Origin: Vibrio vulnificus CMCP6
Lineage (GTDB): Bacteria > Pseudomonadota > Gammaproteobacteria > Enterobacterales > Vibrionaceae
Length of the DNA: 32,000 bases
Direction: 5' to 3'
Assembly: GCF_000039765.1 (NCBI RefSeq)
Contig: NC_004460.2
Location: 720,001 to 752,000 of the forward strand
Shown here: positions 25,847-32,000 of the stretch, in pieces
How the letters are laid out: each line of letters opens with the position of its first letter
How positions within the stretch are numbered: position 1 is the stretch's first letter
Notes under the pieces: generated by a model
Seen by the model: only the letters and a program-made list of their open reading frames with translations
Databases searched by the model: none
Told to the model about the DNA's origin: nothing
Position numbers and translations under genes: made by a program

Positions 25847-26641
25847 GTGATAAATGGAGAGCTACTAGCAGCTTACAAGAGAGGGAATGTCATTTTATTC
25901 GTTGGGGCTGGTGTATCAATGAACCTTGGTCTTCCTTCATGGTCTGAACTTATCAACCATATTTCCGAAGAGTTAGGCTATGATCCTGATATTTATAAAA
26001 CATTTGGAGATGATCTTGCGCTAGTCGAATATTATCGAATCCAAAAAGGCAGAATCGGTCCCCTGCGTAGCTGGATGGACACCGAATGGAACTCTGCAAA
26101 TGTGGCACTGGAAGCATCCAAGATTCATGAATATATTGCCAAAGCAAATTTCCCTCTTATCTATACGACAAACTACGACAGATGGATAGAGGCGTCGCTA
26201 AAACATTACGGTAAAGAGTTTATAAAAATAGCGTCTGTATCGGACATGATTGAGGTGAAAAAAGACCAGACACAAGTCATTAAGTTTCATGGAGACTTTG
26301 ATGACGATGAATCAATAGTTCTTGATGAATCGAGTTACTTCGAACGACTAGAGTTCGAATCACCTTTAGACCTCAAACTTAGGGCTGATGTGCTCGGAAA
26401 AACGGTTCTTTTCATTGGTTACAGTTTATCTGATATCAACATAAGACTTTTATTCTATAAACTATCGAAGCTATGGAAAGGTAACTACTGTGGAGGAGCT
26501 CAGCCTAAGTCCTACGTCTTCTCTCCACGTCCAAATCCTGTTCAGGAAGCAGTGCTTGAACAATGGGGAATCAATATGATTAATTCAGAAATTGATGATC
26601 CTGGTAAAGCACTTGAAGAGTTTTTGAAACAGTTTGTGTAA
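25847..26641 (+). CDS. Stand-alone SIR2-family protein (SIR2_2, ThsA-N-terminal-like NADase fold), 264 aa, apparently intact
   Basis: '[22 protein letters not shown]' (Rossmann GAGxS), 'TTNYDRWIE', 'IKFHGD' and '[13 protein letters not shown]' parallel the motif series of Thoeris ThsA SIR2 domains. The GTG start has AAAGGGA upstream. Confidence 0.75.
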   Translation: MINGELLAAYKRGNVILFVGAGVSMNLGLPSWSELINHISEELGYDPDIYKTFGDDLALVEYYRIQKGRIGPLRSWMDTEWNSANVALEASKIHEYIAKANFPLIYTTNYDRWIEASLKHYGKEFIKIASVSDMIEVKKDQTQVIKFHGDFDDDESIVLDESSYFERLEFESPLDLKLRADVLGKTVLFIGYSLSDINIRLLFYKLSKLWKGNYCGGAQPKSYVFSPRPNPVQEAVLEQWGINMINSEIDDPGKALEEFLKQFV

Positions 26642-26823
26642 TACTCGAGAAGTATGAGAAAACGATTTTCCAGACTTCAGAGATGTACATTTAGCCCTCC
26701 GTTCAAGTTGGTTTATACAAACTAGAGGGCATTTCAGATGAGATATTCTAAGGGAAAAATGCGGCTCGGCATGTTGGGGGATGGTTCGACTAAAACTAAA
26801 ACATTTCGGGGCAGAGCCATTTA

Positions 26824-27318
26824 TGTAGTGGTCAACTAAAATTGGCCACGGTTTTAGAGTTTGCCCAATACCGTCGTTCAGACTCATTAGGGGTTAGACC
26901 ACCATTATATTGATGGGACCTGAGTTGGCCGTGATACATCGAGAGTTGTTCAGTGAATCCGACATCAAGAGAGCAGTAGCCTTTTTAATATTTTATTGTG
27001 TTCTTCAAGGCGTGTAAGTTTCTTCTTCAGATCCCGTATCTCAATTTGCTCTGGTGTCATTGGAGAGGCTTGAGGAGTCATTCCTCTTATTTCTTACTTG
27101 AGGTGCCTTACCCACTATCCATTGTCGATTTACCCACACCCATGGCTTTTGCAGCTTCAACAACTGTATAGTTTTGGTCGAGAACAAGTTGCGCTGCTTC
27201 GAGTTTGAACTCCGCACTGAAAGTACGTCTGATACACTTGGTCATAGTTTCACCTGTCATTTTATGAGGTGTATCTTAACACCTCTAATCAGGTGGCCAA
27301 ATTCACCGTACCACTACA
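26824..27318 (-). mobile_element. IS3-family (IS911-like) internally deleted element with both terminal inverted repeats
   Basis: The ends are TGTAGTGGTCAACTAAAATTGGCCAC (26824 onward, + strand) and TGTAGTGGTACGGTGAATTTGGCCACC (reverse complement ending at 27318). The inside holds a frameshifted orfA ('[42 protein letters not shown]') and only the last codons of orfB. Confidence 0.8.
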
Positions 27319-27678
27319 ATAACTTTAAAAAAGCTCCGCGATACTAGTATTTTCATGTGAAATGTCCTTATGTGCAGGTAGGCGACAGAGTATCAACGCC
27401 ATTGCGTTTCAGTCAGGAGTATGACAATCGTGAAGCCAGTGAGAATATGTTGAACCAATAAAAAATTGGAAACCGGATAAAAGCTGAGGTGATATAGGTT
27501 GATTACAATTGGACAAGAAGGCACAGTTGTTGGGCATCCACGCCAAGTTAACGCTGAAAATCACAATTTCGTTTAATGAAGCGTCCAGTCTAACTACTGG
27601 TTCAGATCACGTGTTAGCCGAAGTCCATACGCAGACAAACCGTTTAATTAGTTCTAGGAATAGAAAAGGAGGAAAGAC

Positions 27679-28761
27679 TTGAATAATTCAAATGAGAACT
27701 TAGAAAAGGTATTAGTGAAAGCATTTAGTACTTCATTGATACGATTCGCAGCAATTACGCTTATTGTTATTGTCTGTTGGTGGGCGTTTTTACCCTTTTT
27801 ACCTATTTTACTTTGGGCTCTGGTATTGGCTATTGCACTTTACCCTCTTAAGTTGGCTATTGAACGTAAACTGGGCTTAAGATCTAGCCGATCGGCTACT
27901 TTAGTCGCTGTGATTGGCGTGCTTGTACTTGGAACGCCTACCGCAATGGTTGGTAACTCATTTGCGTCTAAAACGTTAGAAGCTCTCGATTCTTATCGAA
28001 ATGGCACACTAGCCGTGTCGAAGCCAACTGACAGCGTAAAAGAATGGCCATTAGTCGGGGAAAAAGTATATGCAGCCTGGGATGAAGCCGCTGTCAATCT
28101 GCCTGTTTTCATAGACAAGCATCAGCCTCAAATAAAAAGCATTTTCGGTTGGGTATTCGATAGTGCGGCGGGCGCAGCTAAGAGCGTATTTGTCTTGATA
28201 GGTGCTGTGATCATTGCTGGGATAATGTTAGCTTGGGCTGAACCCGCATCAGCATCAATACGTAAGATTTTTATAAGTTTTACAGATCCGATCAAAGGAC
28301 CCTCACTGCATAAATTAACAACAGCAACTCTAAGGCAGGTCGCTGTTGGCATTATTGGAATCGCATTTTTAACAGCAATGATATTTGGTGCTATCGTAGC
28401 GTTAGCAGGCGTTCCAGCGGCTTCTCTGTTTACATTAATCGCCTTAGTTTTTGCTATCGTTCAGCTCCCTGTGACCGTAGTGGCTCTGGTCGCTGTTGCA
28501 GTCTTGTGGTCAGGAGATAGTGGAACAGCACACAATGCTATCTTCACAGTATTAATTATTGCTGCAAGCTTTATCGATAATTTCCTAAAACCGATTATTC
28601 TTGGAAGAGGGTTGGATGTACCAATGCCTATAATACTCATTGGCGCTGTAGGTGGGGTCATGTCTGGAGGAATACTGGGTATGTTCGTTGGTGCGGCATT
28701 TTTAGCTACAGGATATCAAGTTTTTATGCAATGGGTAGAGTCAGAAAGCAAGCAAGTCTGA
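27679..28761 (+). CDS. AI-2E family transporter (PerM/UPF0118)
   Basis: The protein is a multi-TM protein with an AI-2E-like layout ('LWALVLAIALYPL', C-terminal 'FLKPIILGRGLDVPMPIILIGAVGG'). The TTG start has AAAGGAGGA upstream. Confidence 0.75.
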   Translation: MNNSNENLEKVLVKAFSTSLIRFAAITLIVIVCWWAFLPFLPILLWALVLAIALYPLKLAIERKLGLRSSRSATLVAVIGVLVLGTPTAMVGNSFASKTLEALDSYRNGTLAVSKPTDSVKEWPLVGEKVYAAWDEAAVNLPVFIDKHQPQIKSIFGWVFDSAAGAAKSVFVLIGAVIIAGIMLAWAEPASASIRKIFISFTDPIKGPSLHKLTTATLRQVAVGIIGIAFLTAMIFGAIVALAGVPAASLFTLIALVFAIVQLPVTVVALVAVAVLWSGDSGTAHNAIFTVLIIAASFIDNFLKPIILGRGLDVPMPIILIGAVGGVMSGGILGMFVGAAFLATGYQVFMQWVESESKQV

Positions 28762-28915
28762 GAGATCGTTGAAAATTCGAAATCGAAATATAAAGGCGCT
28801 AAATAGCTGTTCCTAAATGTAGATCACTGGTGTGTAAAAAGAAGGGAACTCGGTACCGTTTGAGCGATCTGATCAGTAGCCAAACATACAAACCCGCAAC
28901 CGTTACCGAGTTCCC

Positions 28916-29260
28916 ATGATTCTAAATTTACCTGACCGCGCTGAGCGACGTCGTATCACTTAAAAGATGCATAAGACTAAGGATAAAGACCATTACCGAC
29001 GCTTGAATGCCATATTATTTCTTTCTCATGGACATTCTGTTACCACAGTCTCGAAGATTCTGGTTTCAGCTCGCTCTTCTATAGGACGCTGGATTAACTG
29101 GTACACGAAATGCGGCATCGATGGCTTGGAAAGCTCAACTCGAGGTAGAGCCGCGACGCTCCCATTTCTTCAAATTGCCGCTGTATTGACTGCTTTAATC
29201 GCACTGAATCCTCAAAGTCTGGGATATCAGCGTTCACGTTGGGATCGTTTGGTCCGGTGA
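28916..29260 (+). mobile_element. IS630-family transposase N-terminal fragment (with in-frame stop)
   Basis: 'MILNLPDRAERRRIT*' is followed by 'DHYRRLNAILFLSHGHSVTTVSKILVSARSSIGRWINWYTKCGIDGLES..RGR', a typical IS630 HTH region. The rest of the transposase is absent. Confidence 0.65.
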
Positions 29261-29261
29261 C

Positions 29262-29848
29262 CTCCATGGTAAGATCACCGAAAAAATGAAGGACAACATG
29301 AACTTCTTCAACGCCTGTAAAGAATATCCTCATATGGATATGAGTACCGCTGGCCGTGGTGGTGCTGCAATCTTAGCAGGAGAATCGCACCCTACCGTTG
29401 CCTACCACAAAATGCCAATGTGAGCCTCGGTGGTAAGTTTGAGAAATTGGCAGGTGAACCAATTAAAACCAAAGCTTATGTCAAGTCCATTTCGGATGGC
29501 GATGAGATCGTTCGCGGCGGGACCGCTTGCAACGCCCCATTTAAGCTTGGCCCTACCGTTAGGTTGGTCATTGAAGCGGAGAATACGGTGGATGTCATTG
29601 TTATATCAGGCCTATGCCAGACGTATGATGATACACAGGGACGCCCACATGGTATCGCGATTCAAGAATATGACGTTATTGGTGTGAAAAGCGGCATGCA
29701 CTATAGAGCTTTCTATAAGAACTTCACCGACAAGTTACTGATCGTTGATGTTCCAGGGGCCACCAGTCGCGATGTGACTATTTTCGAACATACTCAGTTA
29801 ACAGCGCCTGTGTACCCTTTAGATAAAAACGCAACGTTTAATATTTGA
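29262..29848 (+). pseudogene. M81-family (MlrC-like) metallopeptidase remnant
   Basis: The fragment 'LHGKITEKMKD..ACKEYPHMDM' stops at 29421. A second frame then gives an MlrC C-terminal-domain-like sequence ('VIVISGLCQTYD..IGVKSGMHYRAFY..LIVDVPGATS..VYPLD'). The N-terminus is replaced by IS630 sequence. Confidence 0.6.
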
Positions 29849-30209
29849 CGGAGTACTGCTGTTAACTTAGCCATAATCAGGGCAATCTCACGAGTGCTGG
29901 GTTTTTCGCCAACGCGTTAAAACAAGCGCTCAACACAGCTTCCAACATATCACTATTAACAACATAGCATTGATGATATCCAATCAACGAAACGTACGTG
30001 AAATTGAGCTGGTTCAATCGCCGATATAATACGAGCGATGCATCATCAACGGGGCCCCCTCCTTTTTAAAACAGATCATTCCCTTGAAGCCTATGGTGGT
30101 AGCCAAGGATGTAGCCTCGAATGTCAAACAGCCCTTTCGTACCAGCTATAACAGCACACAATGACCCAAACAGGATCTCAAAAAGACAACAAGTGACTTT
30201 TGTACTCCG

Positions 30210-30390
30210 ACACTAGACAGCCACAGCTTGAAAATGTTCTTCAACATACTCAATTTGCACCAAGATCCATTATCTGGTGATGGCGCATATGACACAAGGT
30301 ATTGTCACGATGAAACACGATTTAAACGCCCCGTTTGGCTCATCCCACCAGAGAGGGTACTGCGTTTGGGGAAAATGGTTAGCCTGATAC
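30210..30390 (+). mobile_element. Second IS5-family (IS903-group) transposase fragment
   Basis: 'LSGDGAYDTRYCHDETRFKRPVWLIPP' matches the DDE-region block 'ADGAYDTRLCHDELRRKKISALIPP' of IS903. No flanking transposase sequence is present. Confidence 0.6.
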
Positions 30391-30497
30391 ACTTAGCGTT
30401 CGTCAATAATGTCTTGATTAAGTTAACAGAACTCATTTACACCACGAGATACACTATAATTTCAATCAACTTTAGCTAATGAGATAAGGGAATAAAA

Positions 30498-32000
30498 ATG
30501 AAGGATGACATATTGACTGAAAAGTCTGAATCTCATGAGATAGACCATACAAAACGTTCTACGTTGACTAAATTAGCCTTTGGCGCAGCAACACTTCCAT
30601 TTGCTTCGGTTCTACATGCGGCTTCTGACAAACTGGCTGTACAGAATATTTCCCTAATGCCTAATGAAAAAGGCCCTTTTGATATTGTTATCGAAAATGG
30701 TCGTGTGGTTGATCCTGAAACGGGCTTAGATGCGATTCGTAACGTGGGGATCAAAGGTAAGCGTATTGCTGCTATTTCAACAAATACCTTGAAAGGTGCC
30801 AAAGTAATTAATGCTGAAGGTTTAGTCGTTGCTCCGGGCTTCGTTGATTTACATGCACATGGTCAACAGCTTCCTGCGGCTCGCGCTCAAGCATTTGATG
30901 GTGTTACCACCCAACTGGAAATGGAATCGGGTTTATTACCCATCTCTAAATTCTACGATGATACCGCAAAAGAAGGTCGACCTCTTAACTACGGCGCTTC
31001 GGTTGCTTGGACCTACGCGCGAGTTATGGCAAAAGAACCAACAATGCCAGCAGCTGATGGTACGATTGTTTGGTTCCAAAAAGCATTTTCATACAACAAT
31101 TGGCAAAATACATTAGCAACACCAGATGAGCTAAAACAGATCCTCAATGATATCGAGCAGGGTCTGAAAGAAGGAGGTTTAGGCATTGGCATTAACGCAG
31201 GTTATGCTCCGGGTTATGGCCATAAAGAGTACTACGAGCTAGCGAAGCTCGCCAAACGCTATAATATGCCAACTTATACGCACGTTCGTTACTTAAACAG
31301 TGCAGAACCAAAATCCAGCTTTGAAGCTTATCAAGAACTGATCAGTTTATCTGCAACGACTGGTGCACACATGCACATTTGTCACCTGAATAGTACCTCT
31401 GTGCAAGATATTGATGATTGTGCGGACTTAGTGCAATCAGCGATTGATAGAGGTTTGAATGTAACTGCCGAAGCTTACCCTTACGGTGCCGGTTCGTCAC
31501 TGATTGGCGCAGAAGTTTTCCGTGGTGATGATTGGTTAGCGCGCTGGGGAGTACCAAGTGCAAGTTACATGGAAGCCAATGGGAAACCATTAACACAAGA
31601 AAAGATCACAGAGCTTCAAGCAAATGACCCAGGCAAAGTGGTAGTAATGCATTTCTTAAAACCTGATGATAATCCATCCGATCGTCAAAAAATGGATCGT
31701 TCAGTTCTGTTTCCCGGTGCAGCTATTGCTTCAGATGCTATGCCTTGGATGGACTCAAAAGGACAGGTCATCGAAGGTGATATTTGGCCACTCCCTAGTG
31801 ATGCCATCGCTCACCCAAGATCACTGGCTTGTTTTACCCGTTTCATTAGTAAATATGTTAACGAATACAAAGCGGTTACGCTTATTGAGGCAATGGAGCG
31901 TTGTAGCTTAAACGCTTGTCGCATTATAGAAAACAGCGTCCCACAAATGAAAAATAAAGGCCGTGTTCAAGTAGGTAAAGATGCAGATTTAGTGATATTC
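30498..32000 (+). CDS. N-acyl-D-amino-acid deacylase (D-aminoacylase) family amidohydrolase, exported; 3' end outside the window (not in the ORF track)
   Basis: ATG 30498 has AAGGGA upstream, and 501 codons are open to the window edge. There is a signal-like 'KRSTLTKLAFGAATLPFASVLHA'. 'FDIVIENGRVVDPETG..APGFVDLHAHG' is the HxH metal motif, with 'HICHLNS' and a terminal 'GKDADLVIF'. Four track ORFs inside it are alternative frames. Confidence 0.8.
   Translation, partial: MKDDILTEKSESHEIDHTKRSTLTKLAFGAATLPFASVLHAASDKLAVQNISLMPNEKGPFDIVIENGRVVDPETGLDAIRNVGIKGKRIAAISTNTLKGAKVINAEGLVVAPGFVDLHAHGQQLPAARAQAFDGVTTQLEMESGLLPISKFYDDTAKEGRPLNYGASVAWTYARVMAKEPTMPAADGTIVWFQKAFSYNNWQNTLATPDELKQILNDIEQGLKEGGLGIGINAGYAPGYGHKEYYELAKLAKRYNMPTYTHVRYLNSAEPKSSFEAYQELISLSATTGAHMHICHLNSTSVQDIDDCADLVQSAIDRGLNVTAEAYPYGAGSSLIGAEVFRGDDWLARWGVPSASYMEANGKPLTQEKITELQANDPGKVVVMHFLKPDDNPSDRQKMDRSVLFPGAAIASDAMPWMDSKGQVIEGDIWPLPSDAIAHPRSLACFTRFISKYVNEYKAVTLIEAMERCSLNACRIIENSVPQMKNKGRVQVGKDADLVIF

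Noticed and set aside
26585-26887. 100-aa minus-strand ORF
   Set aside because: It spans the antisense strand of the SIR2 3' end and the terminal inverted repeat of the IS911-like remnant, with no motif support.
30533-31911. Track ORFs 30533..30802(-), 30829..31116(+), 31342..31596(-), 31666..31911(+)
   Set aside because: All lie inside, and out of frame with or antisense to, the 501-codon D-aminoacylase-like frame. That frame has clear amidohydrolase motifs.
1-32000. CRISPR arrays, rRNA, tRNA, integron attC arrays
   Set aside because: No regularly spaced direct repeats, no rRNA-like conserved stretches and no cloverleaf-compatible sequences were seen on either strand.

Overview
The window looks gammaproteobacterial (Vibrionaceae-like composition, judged by eye). 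All family calls come from motif recognition only; no searches were run. It has four blocks.

(1) 1-5.6 kb is the end of an F-like (MOBF-type) conjugative element. It holds the 3' part of a relaxase/helicase-primase-like gene that runs off the left edge, a ribbon-helix-helix accessory gene, and an AT-rich oriT region. The oriT has an 8-bp hairpin followed by an F-type nic core (CGTGGGGTGTGGT). After it come a lytic transglycosylase, three small unknown genes all transcribed toward oriT, a ~400 bp GC-rich structured non-coding element, and a frameshifted small tyrosine recombinase.

(2) 6-14.3 kb holds two diverged, inverted DUF1611 paralogs, one of them coupled to a PLP racemase-like gene. They bracket a translationally coupled hflK-hflC-nhaA-like operon and a DUF1840 gene.

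(3) 14.7-17.7 kb is the most interesting locus. A 25-codon ORF absent from the ORF track, with a strong SD, sits directly upstream of an MFS transporter and an HExxH-motif protein. This looks like a compact RiPP-like cassette, and an IS scar abuts its 3' end.

(4) 17.7-32 kb holds a sensor-less sigma-54 activator divergent from a YdeN-type hydrolase with a -24/-12-like promoter. It also holds sbp-cysTWA and an IS-scarred zone. That zone contains a cysB fragment, remnants of IS903-like, IS911-like, IS630-like and IS5-like elements, an intact stand-alone SIR2 (defence-type NADase fold) gene, an AI-2E transporter and an M81/MlrC peptidase pseudogene. A D-aminoacylase-like ORF runs off the right edge and is also missing from the ORF track.

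No rRNA, tRNA or CRISPR array was seen.
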